From an uncultured delta proteobacterium (GTDB lineage Bacteria > Desulfobacterota > Desulfobacteria > Desulfobacterales > UBA5852): a stretch of 64,000 nt of DNA. Position numbers and translations under genes: made by a program. Location of the stretch: the NCBI GenBank assembly GCA_963850465.1, contig CAWKLN010000001.1:64915-128914 (forward strand). The letters run 5' to 3'. Every line of letters starts with the position of its first letter. Within the stretch, counting starts at the first letter, position 1. The notes under the pieces were generated by a model. That model was not told where the DNA came from and made no database searches. It saw only the letters and a list, made by a program, of their open reading frames with translations. Below are positions 9,513 through 19,476 of the stretch, one piece after another.

Positions 9513-11426
9513 ATGGGTATTGAATTCACTGTGAAGAAATTTTCGTTAAAATTCGGTTGGCGACAATTGCAATGTACAGGGCTGCTGGGGCTGGTTCTTT
9601 TGTTGGCCGGCTGCGGCAGTGGGGTTGAGCGCGCTGAAGACCATGCTGCTGCTATAAAGCCCTGCGCGACGGCACCCGTCTATGCCCGGGAGATCTTGCC
9701 GGAGGGGATCGAATGGCTGACCAACGACAGCGACCCGGTCTTTGCATCGCCGGAGGCCGTCAAAGGCGGCACCCTGCACGAGGCCCTGTTGTCGTTCCCC
9801 CTGACCTTCCGGGTGGTGGGGCCGGATTCCAACTCCAGTTTCCGCAGCGCCATTCTGGGTAACCAGTTCGGGCTGATCGGGATTCATCCCAACACCGAGA
9901 ACATCATTCCGGAACTGGCCACCCACTGGGCTTTCGGCGCCGACAAAAAAACCATGTTTTTCAAGCTGGATCCGGATGCCCGCTGGTCGGACGGCCACCC
10001 GCTGACCGCTGACGATTTTGTCTACACCTTGGAGTTCATGCGCTCCAAGCACATCGTGGCGCCCTGGTACAACGATTACTACACCAAAGAGATCGACCGC
10101 GTCATCGTCTACGACGATCATACCTTTGCCATTGTCGGCACCAAGGCCCAGCCGGATCTGCATCTAAATATCACCATCGGGCCAACGCCCCGTCACTATT
10201 ACTGCGAACTCGACGAAAGCTTTGTGCAACGCTACAATTGGAAAATTGCCCCCAATACCGGTCCCTACCAGATGACCGAATTCAAGAAGGGGCGCTACAT
10301 CCTGTTCGAGCGCAAACAAGACTGGTGGGCCCGCGACCGGCGCTACTTCAAACACCGTTACAACGTGGACAAGGTGCGTTACACGGTGATCCGGGATTTT
10401 AACCTGCAGTGGGAGTATTTCAAAAAAGCCAAGCTGGACAGTTTTGCGCTGACCATGCCCAAGTTCTGGCATTACAAGAGCCTTACCCCGGTCGTGGAAA
10501 AGGGCTACGTCTACCGCATGTGGTTTTTCAACGATACCCCTCAGTCCGCCCAGGGGCTGTGGCTCAATCTGGACCGGGAGCTATTCAAGGATCCGCGCCT
10601 GCGTTTGGCCTTTGCCCACGCGATGAACATCGAACGCGTTATCCAGAAGGTGTTGTATAATGACTATTTTCGTCTGGAGAGTGCTTACGTCGGGTACGGT
10701 AAGTATTCCAACCGTGATATCACGGCGCGACGATTCGATCTGGCCAAGGTAGATCAGTTGATGCAGGACGCCGGTTGGCAGCGCGGACCCGACGGCATCT
10801 GGGCGCGTGACGGCCAGCGCTATTCGGTGGAAGTTTCCTACAGCAGCGAAGAGCATACGCCCCGGTTGGTGGTGCTCAAGGAAGAAGCGCTGAAGGCCGG
10901 GATCGAACTGCGACTGCAACGGCTCGACCCGGCGGCCCAGTACAAGAAAGTGATGGAAAAACGCCACGATGTGGGCTGGTTGGGCTGGAGCACCGGTATG
11001 CGGCCGCATTTCTGGGAGTTCTGGCATTCGGCCAATGCCCACCGGCCGCAGACCAACAATATCAGCAACGTCGATGACCCGGAGATGGATCGCATGATCG
11101 ACCGCTACCGGGAATCGCTGGACGAGGAGGAACGGGTTGCCCTGGCATTACAGATTCAGGACCGGGTGCACGCCAGCGGGGCGTTCGTGCCGACCTTCAT
11201 GGTGCCCTATTTCCGTGAGTCCTACTGGCGCTGGTGGCGGTTTCCGGAGCCGCCGGCCACCCGCCTGTCGGGCAGTTTGTTCAGCCCCTTCGACAGTACC
11301 ACGGGCGGGTTGTTCTGGTTCGATGCCCAACGCTACGAGGAAACCCGCGAGGCCATGCGGCGGGGAGACGTTTTCGAACCGGTCACCATTCAGGAGAAGA
11401 CTTTCAAAGTAGGATTGAGAGATTGA
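9513..11426 (+). CDS. Family-5 extracellular solute-binding lipoprotein (YejA/OppA-like)
   Basis: Lipobox LLLAGCGS after a hydrophobic leader. Size ~630 aa and sequence style fit SBP_bac_5. It lies between the permeases and the ATPases. Confidence 0.8.
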   Translation: MGIEFTVKKFSLKFGWRQLQCTGLLGLVLLLAGCGSGVERAEDHAAAIKPCATAPVYAREILPEGIEWLTNDSDPVFASPEAVKGGTLHEALLSFPLTFRVVGPDSNSSFRSAILGNQFGLIGIHPNTENIIPELATHWAFGADKKTMFFKLDPDARWSDGHPLTADDFVYTLEFMRSKHIVAPWYNDYYTKEIDRVIVYDDHTFAIVGTKAQPDLHLNITIGPTPRHYYCELDESFVQRYNWKIAPNTGPYQMTEFKKGRYILFERKQDWWARDRRYFKHRYNVDKVRYTVIRDFNLQWEYFKKAKLDSFALTMPKFWHYKSLTPVVEKGYVYRMWFFNDTPQSAQGLWLNLDRELFKDPRLRLAFAHAMNIERVIQKVLYNDYFRLESAYVGYGKYSNRDITARRFDLAKVDQLMQDAGWQRGPDGIWARDGQRYSVEVSYSSEEHTPRLVVLKEEALKAGIELRLQRLDPAAQYKKVMEKRHDVGWLGWSTGMRPHFWEFWHSANAHRPQTNNISNVDDPEMDRMIDRYRESLDEEERVALALQIQDRVHASGAFVPTFMVPYFRESYWRWWRFPEPPATRLSGSLFSPFDSTTGGLFWFDAQRYEETREAMRRGDVFEPVTIQEKTFKVGLRD

Positions 11427-11480
11427 GGATAAGCATTTTTTTTGTCGTCTTCAGAGATGTTTGGAAGATGGACCTTTAAA

Positions 11481-11613
11481 AAGTCATGAGGAGGATGGCT
11501 TTGTAAAATGTTCAAGATACGGCGTGCAAATTCTCGGAAGTGAGGCGTACTCATTGTACGCCGCAGTGACGAAGAATGCCGCACAACGCCGATATTGGGC
11601 TTTTTTCGAAGCC
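11481..11613 (+). repeat. Intergenic repeat element, full copy A
   Basis: Aligns over ~130 nt with 33976..34129. Shared segments are aagtcatg, tttgtaaaaYgttcRagatacggc, the hairpin GCGTAC-loop-GTACGC, ccgcaRtgacga and cTTTTTacgaa. Confidence 0.75.
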
Positions 11614-12655
11614 ATCTTGGAAGCGAGTCGCAGATTTGGATGACGTCATTTTAAAAGTGGAAAACCTGACCACGACCTTCGATACGGAAGGCGGGCAGGT
11701 GCACGCCGTGGATGATGTGAGCTTTGCCCTGCGCCAGGGCCGCAACCTGGGTATCGTGGGGGAATCCGGCTGCGGCAAGAGCGTCACGGCGCTCTCCATC
11801 ATGCGCCTGTTGCCGCGTCCGGCGGGCAAAATACGGCATGGCCGAATCGATTTCAAGGGGACCGATATCGTCGCCCTGCCGGCCGAGGAGATGCATGCCG
11901 TGCGCGGCAACCAGATCGCCATGATTTTTCAGGAACCCATGACGGCCCTCAACCCGGTGCATGCCATCGGACGGCAGGTGGGCGAGGTTTTTCACCTGCA
12001 TTTCCCGCAGATGAGCGATGGCGAGGTCAAAAAAGCATCGCTGGCAATGCTCCAGAAAGTCGGTATCCCCGAGCCTCTGAAACGCATGACCGAATACCCG
12101 CACCAGATCTCGGGCGGCATGCGGCAGCGGGTCATGATCGCCATGGCGCTGGCCTGCAAGCCCGATATCCTGATCGCCGACGAGCCCACCACGGCCCTGG
12201 ATGTGACCATTCAGGCCCAGATCCTGGACCTGATCCGCGATCTGCAGGCCGAAACAGGCATGTCGGTGATGTTCATTACCCACGATCTGGGGGTGATTGC
12301 CGAACTCTGCCACGAGGTGGTGGTCATGTATGCCGGCAAGGTGGCCGAGACCGGTCCCATCCGGGAAATATTTCACAACCCGCGCCATCCCTATACGCGG
12401 GGTCTTTTGAGTTCGATCCCAACGCTGGATTCGCCCCACAAACAACCGCTGCGGATTATCGAAGGTGTCGTGCCGTCCCTGGACGACCTGCCGGCCGGTT
12501 GCCGATTTGAAAACCGCTGCCCGCATGCCCGCGCCATCTGCGCGACGGCGCCGCCGCCGCTGGTGGAAGTCGGGCCGGAGCACTTTGCCAGCTGCTATTT
12601 TGCGGCTGAGCTCGATCACTGGGAGAAGGTTTCCGGGCAGGAGAAAACGGCGTGA
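11576..12655 (+). CDS. ABC importer ATPase, OppD/YejF-N-like
   Basis: Walker A GESGCGKS, signature SGGMRQR, Walker B ILIADEPT, and a C-terminal oligopeptide-type extension. The start is uncertain: TTG 11636 giving [11 protein letters not shown] is an alternative that avoids the repeat. Confidence 0.85.
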   Translation: MPHNADIGLFSKPSWKRVADLDDVILKVENLTTTFDTEGGQVHAVDDVSFALRQGRNLGIVGESGCGKSVTALSIMRLLPRPAGKIRHGRIDFKGTDIVALPAEEMHAVRGNQIAMIFQEPMTALNPVHAIGRQVGEVFHLHFPQMSDGEVKKASLAMLQKVGIPEPLKRMTEYPHQISGGMRQRVMIAMALACKPDILIADEPTTALDVTIQAQILDLIRDLQAETGMSVMFITHDLGVIAELCHEVVVMYAGKVAETGPIREIFHNPRHPYTRGLLSSIPTLDSPHKQPLRIIEGVVPSLDDLPAGCRFENRCPHARAICATAPPPLVEVGPEHFASCYFAAELDHWEKVSGQEKTA

Positions 12656-12702
12656 ATCACCAAGGACCTGGTGCACCAGATGCGAACGCTGGGAAGGGTG
12701 AC

Positions 12703-13702
12703 ATGACGAACCCGTTGCTGGTGGTCGAAGACCTAAAAATGTATTTTCCCGTCTACGGTGGTGTGATGCGCCGCAAGATCGCCCAGGTTTTTGCCGTGGA
12801 CGGGGTTTCGTTTACGATTCGAGCCGGGGAGACGCTGGGGCTCGTGGGGGAGTCGGGTTGCGGCAAGACCACCGTGGGGCGCACGCTTCTCAGGCTTTAC
12901 CAGCCCACCGGGGGCCGGGTGCACTTTGACGGCCGGAACGTCATGACACTGGACCGGGGCGCCCTGCAGGATCTCCGACGCGACATGCAGATCATTTTCC
13001 AGGACCCCTTCGAGTCCCTCAACGCTCGGCACACGATCGAGGAAATCCTGGAAGAGCCTTTTCGGATTCACCGCATCGGTTCGTCGGTCGAACGTCGTCA
13101 GCGGGTCCGACGGCTGCTGGAACGCGTGGGACTGCCCCGTAACGCCCTGACCCGTTTCCCACACGAATTCAGCGGCGGCCAGCGCCAGCGGATCGGCATC
13201 GCCCGGGCCATCGCGCTGGAGCCGCGCCTGGTGATCTGTGACGAGCCGGTATCGGCCCTGGATGTCTCCATCCAGTCCCAGGTCATCAACCTGCTGCTGG
13301 AACTGCAGCGGGAGATGGGGCTGACCTATCTTTTTATTGCCCACGACCTGGCCGTGGTAAAGCACATTTCCGATCACATCGCCGTCATGTATTTGGGGCG
13401 CATCGTGGAGTACGCCGACGCGGATACCCTTTATCGTGAACCCCGGCACCCCTATACGCAGGCCCTCATCTCGGCCATTCCCGTACCGGATCCGGATGCC
13501 CGCAAGGACCAGCAGGTATTGACGGGGGATGTCCCGTCCCCCATCAACGCCCCCCAGTGGCTGTCATTTCCGTACCCGCTGTCCATACGCCATCGAACGC
13601 TGCCGGAACGAAGCACCTGCCTTGCGCGCGACGCCCGGCGCGTCCGAAGGCGGTCACCTGGCGGCTTGTCACCGGATGGAAGAGATATGCGCATCAAGTT
13701 AG
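12703..13702 (+). CDS. ABC importer ATPase, OppF-like; frameshift near 13549-13556
   Basis: Walker [24 protein letters not shown]. The conserved C-terminal [19 protein letters not shown] motif only appears after shifting frame at the aacgcccccc run. The corrected stop is TAG 13700-13702. Confidence 0.8.
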
Positions 13703-14062
13703 CCGGTGACGTCTTCGGCATCCTGGAGGAAGAACTACGGTGATGTTCAAACGCGACACGATTGCAGGATAGCGTTGACAATCTCCCCTGCCAAGCCTTC
13801 CTTTTTCCTACTCCAAGGTGATGTCCGATACCAGATTTGGATAAGCGTTTCCCCGATAGGTCTGCCCCCTTGTGAAATGACAATCGCCGGTTGTATTGTG
13901 TACTGAAAATTTGTTACTGATAAACGAGCACTGTCTCGGAATACGATCTTTCGTCCAATTAGGGATGCAATCGACCATGATAGATAAAAGGAAAACCACG
14001 ATCGTCAGGGTTGTCGGTGCAATCATCTTCGGTGTGATGCGCTCTGGGGCCCTGCCACGCTT

Positions 14063-15088
14063 ATGGCTCAGGGTGAGGGCGGTTCCCCCGCCAAACTGGT
14101 GGTAGGCACCATTAACATGCCGCCTTTTTGTATACAGACGGGGGACGGCCACTGGGAAGGTCTTGGTGTTGAATTGTGGCGGGCGGTGGCCGGGGATTTG
14201 GGTATCGAATACGAGTTGCGGGAATACCCCGGCGTCGAGTCGATGCTGAAAGACGTCCAAGCGGGGAAGATCGATATTATCCCTGCCCTGGCGGTCACAG
14301 AGACGAATGAGGTCATCCTGGACTTCAGCCGTCAGTATCTTCAGTCGGGACTGTCCATCGCGATTGCGGCAAAAGAATCTGGCTCCAGGTTACTCCGTTT
14401 GGCCAGACGCCTGGCCGTTACCGATATTCTGGTGATGCTGGGCCTCTTGCTGCTGCTGTCGCTGGTGGCCGGCATCGTCGTGTGGTTGTTCGAGGGGCGC
14501 CGGAATAGCGAGTTTGATGGCAATATCGTGCAAGGGGCGGGACATGGGCTCTGGTGGGCGGTGGTCACCCTGACCACGGTGGGATACGGCGACAAAGCGC
14601 CAAAAACCCTTGGCGGGCGGTTGACCGCTTTGATCTGGATGTTTTCCTCCATATTCCTGCTCGCCAGTTTCACGGCGGCGATCACGACCACTTTGACCGT
14701 CGGTGAACTGGATGGCAAGATTCGAGGACTTGAGGACTTGCCGGGTGTTCGCGTCGGATGTCTGTCCCGTTCGGAAGGTATCTCATTTTTGGCCAAAAAC
14801 GGCATTACGGCTCAGCCCTACGAGAATGTTCGTGATGGCATGCAGGCGCTTGTCGATATGAACATCGATGCGTTTGTTTTCGATGAATCCATATTGAAGT
14901 ACATGGCCAAAAAAGAGTTCGCCGGTGAAGTGACCGTTTTGCCCGTCACCTTCGACCATTATTACGTGGGAATGGGGATGCTCACCGACAGTCCCCTGCA
15001 AGAAGAGATTAACCGGGCGCTGTTGAGGATCATCGCCGGGGATGAATGGGATAAATTAGTAGCGCGTTATATCGGTATCCGTCCTTGA
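14063..15088 (+). CDS. GluR0-type ligand-gated K+ channel (split periplasmic binding domain interrupted by M1-P-M2 pore)
   Basis: The K+ selectivity filter TTVGYGD lies between two TM helices. These are flanked by SBP_bac_3-like lobes (GIEYELREYP...IIPALAVT; DAFVFDESIL). Confidence 0.8.
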   Translation: MAQGEGGSPAKLVVGTINMPPFCIQTGDGHWEGLGVELWRAVAGDLGIEYELREYPGVESMLKDVQAGKIDIIPALAVTETNEVILDFSRQYLQSGLSIAIAAKESGSRLLRLARRLAVTDILVMLGLLLLLSLVAGIVVWLFEGRRNSEFDGNIVQGAGHGLWWAVVTLTTVGYGDKAPKTLGGRLTALIWMFSSIFLLASFTAAITTTLTVGELDGKIRGLEDLPGVRVGCLSRSEGISFLAKNGITAQPYENVRDGMQALVDMNIDAFVFDESILKYMAKKEFAGEVTVLPVTFDHYYVGMGMLTDSPLQEEINRALLRIIAGDEWDKLVARYIGIRP

Positions 15089-15271
15089 GACGCCATTAAT
15101 GGCGAAGTCACAGGAATTGAAACGGGTATCAATGACGGATCTCGATTGCCATCGGCGTCGACATTTTTATAGAGAGGCGAGCCTCCTACCCATATGGTTA
15201 ATCGGGAGGCGAAGGGCTTTCTGTTTGGAAATGGAATGGTGCGGGCAGCGCAACTGCTCTGGGAGGGGGAT

Positions 15272-16384
15272 ATGGGTAATCAGTTAGTACTGGTGGGCGG
15301 TGGCCACGCCCACATGGTGACGTTGTCCAAAATCCACGAACTGGTTGCCGCCGGTCATCAGGTGACGGTGATCGGTCCTTCGGATCACCATTACTACTCC
15401 GGCATGGGACCGGGGATGCTGGGCGGGACCTATGCTCCCGATGATATCCGTTTTGCGACCCGGCATGTCGTGGAAAAGCAGGGCGGGCGGTTCATCAGGG
15501 ACAAGGTCACCCGTATCGATCCCGACGACCGGATTGTGTTTACAGCATCGGGTCAGACCCTGGCTTACGATGTGCTTTCCTTCAATGCCGGGAGCTATGT
15601 GCCGACGACCATCGTGGCGGTTGAAGATCAGGATGTTTTCCTGGTGAAACCCATTGAACGGCTTCTGGAAGCCAAACAGCGTTTCAGCCAATTGATTTCG
15701 CAGAAAAAGGCCGCGGTGGGGATCGTGGGCGGCGGCCCCTCGGCGGCCGAGATATCCGGCAATCTTTTGCAACTGGCACGGGCGAACGGGGGCAACACGC
15801 CTTCCATAACCATTTTTTCAGGCCGCCGCCTCATGTCCCGATTTCCCGAACCGGTGCGCGGGCGTATTGAACGTGATTTAAAGCGGCGGGGTGTTCGTAT
15901 TATAGAAAATGATTACGTGGAAGCGATCAAGTCCGGTTGTATCCATATGCGCTCCGGTCAAACCCATGCGGCGGATTTTGTTTTTCTGGCCTTAGGGGTC
16001 GTTCCTTCGACGATATTTAAAGCTTCCGGCCTGCCCACCGGCCCCGATGGGGGCCTGCGGGTCAACCGATTTCTGCAGAGCACGGCCTATCCCAATCTTT
16101 TCGGCGGCGGAGACTGTATTTATTTCGAAGACCGCCCCCTGGACAAGGTGGGGGTTTATGCGGTTCGCCAGAATCCTGTCCTCCATCATAATTTAAAGGC
16201 CGCCCTCGAGGGAAAGGCACTGCAGCCCTTTGACCCAGGGGGGGATTACCTCTTGATCTTCAATCTGGGCGAACGTACCGGGGTTCTCCACAAGCGCTGG
16301 CTGACCTTCGGCGGCCGACCGGCGTTCATCGCCAAGGATTTTATCGATCGGCGCTTCATGAAAGAATTCCAATCCATCGAGTAA
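15272..16384 (+). CDS. FAD/NAD(P)-dependent pyridine nucleotide-disulfide oxidoreductase family protein (NDH-2/SQR-like)
   Basis: VLVGGGHAHM and IVGGGPSAAE dinucleotide motifs, plus C-terminal FGGGDC. Start set at ATG 15272 behind gggaggggga. Confidence 0.75.
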   Translation: MGNQLVLVGGGHAHMVTLSKIHELVAAGHQVTVIGPSDHHYYSGMGPGMLGGTYAPDDIRFATRHVVEKQGGRFIRDKVTRIDPDDRIVFTASGQTLAYDVLSFNAGSYVPTTIVAVEDQDVFLVKPIERLLEAKQRFSQLISQKKAAVGIVGGGPSAAEISGNLLQLARANGGNTPSITIFSGRRLMSRFPEPVRGRIERDLKRRGVRIIENDYVEAIKSGCIHMRSGQTHAADFVFLALGVVPSTIFKASGLPTGPDGGLRVNRFLQSTAYPNLFGGGDCIYFEDRPLDKVGVYAVRQNPVLHHNLKAALEGKALQPFDPGGDYLLIFNLGERTGVLHKRWLTFGGRPAFIAKDFIDRRFMKEFQSIE

Positions 16385-16951
16385 CCACCCCGGACGACGG
16401 GCCGGATATTCCCCGTTTTGCGGGTTTGCGCTAACCTTAGCAAGGATGATTCCTGAATTATCATTCATTGCTCACCGCGTGGCTATAGAACAACATAAAC
16501 GCACCCGCTTACACCTCCGCCTGTATTTTTACGCGACATCGAATGATCGGCGCCTGGAAACACCCGCGTGTGCTTGAACGGTCGGATTCCCGATCCAGCA
16601 GATGTCTGCGGCAGGACCATTCACCGATGCATCCAATTAGAAGGGATGCCCCTCAATACGGTATGATCGCCCCTTTTTTTATGGTGGATGCCAATTCATA
16701 TATTAATCAATCAGGAATGAAAAGACATGCCAGTGGGAAATGGCTGAAAATGAATCTTATACAAGCTTTTTTATCGCCGAATATGCTACAAGTATGTGAG
16801 TGAATAAATATTCAGTACATTCAAATTGTGTATAAAGAGGATCGAATTCGAACCACCCGTTGCCGATCAAGAACGATAAAACATTTTAAATATTTAATAT
16901 AACAGAAAAAATATAATTATTTTTATTAAAAAATAGTGAGCATATTATGTC

Positions 16952-16980
16952 TTGACAGATAAGATCAAGGCAGATACTTT
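16952..16980 (+). promoter_or_regulatory. Putative sigma-70 promoter of the beta-oxidation pair
   Basis: TTGACA (16952-57), a 17-nt spacer, then TACTTT (16975-80) in a very AT-rich stretch ~50 nt upstream of ATG 17031. Confidence 0.4.
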
Positions 16981-17030
16981 AAGTGAATGCCTATTCATAA
17001 TAAGTTTCCTTAATAATTTGGGAGGTAAAC

Positions 17031-19436
17031 ATGGTGAGAAAAATCAGAAAGGCTGCGGTTATCGGCTCCGGTGTCATGGGTGGCGGTATCGCCGCGCTGC
17101 TGGCCAGTGCCGGAATCAAGACGCTGATGCTGGACATCGTCCCCTTTGATTTGACGGAAGATGAGAAAAAGGACCCCACGGCCCGTAACCGGATGGTCAA
17201 GGCCGGTTATGACAATTTACTGACCATCCAGCCGGCCCTCCTGATGCAGAAGAAGGATATCGGGCTGATCTCCATCGGCAATCTGGAGGACGACTTCGAC
17301 CAACTGGCGGACTGCGACTGGATCGTGGAAGTCGTGGTCGAAAACTTGAAGGTCAAACAAGATCTTTTCGCGCGTATCGATAAGGTTCGCAAGGCCGGTA
17401 CGGTTGTTTCATCCAACACCTCGGGCATCCCCCTCAAGGCCATGTCGGAAGGGTTGAGCGATGATTTTCGCAAGCATTTCCTGGGAACGCATTTCTTCAA
17501 CCCGGTTCGGTACATGCACCTGCTGGAAATCATTCCCGGCGAGGAAACCGATCGCGATCTTCTCTGTTTTATGGCCGATTTCGGCGAACGCATTCTCGGC
17601 AAAGGTATCGTCTGGGCAAAAGATACCCCCAATTTCGTGGGTAACCGCATCGGCGTCCAGGGCATGGTCAAATCCATGCAACTGATGGTGGAAGAGGGGT
17701 TGAGTATCCAGGAGGTGGACGCCATTTTCGGACCGGCCATGGGCCGGCCTAAAACGGCCATGTTCAAAACCTCGGACCTGGTCGGGTTAGACACCATGGG
17801 GCATGTCGCCCGCAACAGCTACGAGCTGGTAACCGACGAAGAAGAAAAGAAAGATTTCGTCATCCCGGATTTTGTTACCCGGATGATCGAGAAGAAACTT
17901 TTAGGCAAGAAAACCCAGGCGGGTTTCTACAAAACCGATTTGACACCGGAATGGCAAAAAGTCCGCAAAGTCATCAACCCGGACACATTGGAATACGAAG
18001 ATTGGCAGAAAATCGATTTTCCGTGTCTGGCTGAGGCTAAAAAAGCAAAAACTTTGGCCGAAAAGATCCGCGCCATCGTCTACGGCGATGACAAGGGCGC
18101 GCGTTTCGCCTGGAAGGCCGTGGCGAATCAACTGATTTACTCGGCCAATCGTATCCCGGAAATCTCTGATACGATCATTGAAATCGACAATGCCATGAAG
18201 TGGGGTTACAATTTCGAAATGGGCCCCTTCGAGACCTGGGACGCCATCGGCGTCAAGGAATCCGTGGCCAAGATGGAAGTGGATGGCCTGACGGTTCCGG
18301 ACAAGGTCAAGGCCATGCTGGCGGCGGGCGTCACTTCTTTCTACAAGACGGAAAACGGCAAGGTGTCTTTTTATGATTTCGACACCAAGGCTTACAAAGA
18401 AGTCCCCGTGAGTGAAAGCAACATTTCCCTGGCCGCTCTCAAAGGCTCCGGCAAGCGGGTTAAAACCTGCGATTCGGCTTCCCTGGTGGACCTCGGTGAT
18501 GGTGTTTTCTGCTGTGAATTCCATACCAAGATGAATGCCCTGAACGCCGAGATTATCGAGTTCATGAACGAGGCGCTGGATTATGTCGACGAAAACGGTG
18601 TGGGACTGGTCATCGGCAATCAGGCCGGTGGCATGCCCGGGGCCTTTTCAGCCGGTGCCGATCTGGTGCAGGTGGGAACCGCCGCCCGAACCGATCGCCT
18701 CGATGAAGTCGACCAGATGATCAGAGCCCTGCACGCCGTCATTCAGAAAGAGACCTATAGCCCCTTCCCTGTTGTGGCCGCACCTTATGGCCTGGCACTG
18801 GGGGGCGGTTGTGAGGTATGCCTGGCGGCCGACCGCATCGTGGCCCATGCCGAACTGTATATGGGGCTGGTGGAAATCGGGGTCGGTCTGCTTCCCGGCG
18901 GTGGCGGATGCAAGAATCTCTGGAAAAAGGCCGTCAGTTCCATTCCATCGCACGTGAAGGACGTTGACCTGTCCAAGTTCTTCATCCCGACGTTTATGAG
19001 CATCGCGACCGCCAAAGTCTCCATGTCCGCGGCCCAGGCCCGTGCCAACGGGTTTCTCGGTCCGCAGGATCGCATCGTTTTCAACCGTGATCTGCTGATC
19101 GGCGAAGCCAAGAAAGAAGTCCTGCGCATGGTGGATGCCGGTTATGCGCCACCGGCCAAGAAGAAGCTGAAAGTCCTCGGCGCCGCCGCCGAAGGTATGG
19201 TCAACGGTGAGATCTTCAACATGCAGAGCGCCGGTTTTGTCTCGGAATACGACGCCTTCCTGGCCCGGCGGATCGCCACGGTTGTCGGCGGCGGCGATGT
19301 CCGGACCAACAGCGAAGTCGACGAGGAGGTGATCCTCAACCTCGAACGCGAAGCTTTTATCGACTTTCTGAAACAGGAAAAAACATTGGCCCGTATCGAG
19401 CACATGCTGAAGACGGGTAAACCCTTGCGCAATTAA
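17031..19436 (+). CDS. Bifunctional 3-hydroxyacyl-CoA dehydrogenase / enoyl-CoA hydratase, FadN-type domain order
   Basis: N-terminal Rossmann motif IGSGVMGGGIA with a 3HCDH core. C-terminal crotonase-fold region (GMPGAFSAGADL...GLALGGGCE). GGGAGG RBS. Confidence 0.85.
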   Translation: MVRKIRKAAVIGSGVMGGGIAALLASAGIKTLMLDIVPFDLTEDEKKDPTARNRMVKAGYDNLLTIQPALLMQKKDIGLISIGNLEDDFDQLADCDWIVEVVVENLKVKQDLFARIDKVRKAGTVVSSNTSGIPLKAMSEGLSDDFRKHFLGTHFFNPVRYMHLLEIIPGEETDRDLLCFMADFGERILGKGIVWAKDTPNFVGNRIGVQGMVKSMQLMVEEGLSIQEVDAIFGPAMGRPKTAMFKTSDLVGLDTMGHVARNSYELVTDEEEKKDFVIPDFVTRMIEKKLLGKKTQAGFYKTDLTPEWQKVRKVINPDTLEYEDWQKIDFPCLAEAKKAKTLAEKIRAIVYGDDKGARFAWKAVANQLIYSANRIPEISDTIIEIDNAMKWGYNFEMGPFETWDAIGVKESVAKMEVDGLTVPDKVKAMLAAGVTSFYKTENGKVSFYDFDTKAYKEVPVSESNISLAALKGSGKRVKTCDSASLVDLGDGVFCCEFHTKMNALNAEIIEFMNEALDYVDENGVGLVIGNQAGGMPGAFSAGADLVQVGTAARTDRLDEVDQMIRALHAVIQKETYSPFPVVAAPYGLALGGGCEVCLAADRIVAHAELYMGLVEIGVGLLPGGGGCKNLWKKAVSSIPSHVKDVDLSKFFIPTFMSIATAKVSMSAAQARANGFLGPQDRIVFNRDLLIGEAKKEVLRMVDAGYAPPAKKKLKVLGAAAEGMVNGEIFNMQSAGFVSEYDAFLARRIATVVGGGDVRTNSEVDEEVILNLEREAFIDFLKQEKTLARIEHMLKTGKPLRN

Positions 19437-19476
19437 TCCGGCACCCCGGACGTTTCATTTTAAGGAGGAACCACCA

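Noticed and set aside
16543-16803. 86-aa ORF in the spacer upstream of the beta-oxidation genes
   Set aside because: It has no RBS and odd composition, and it runs into the AT-rich promoter region.
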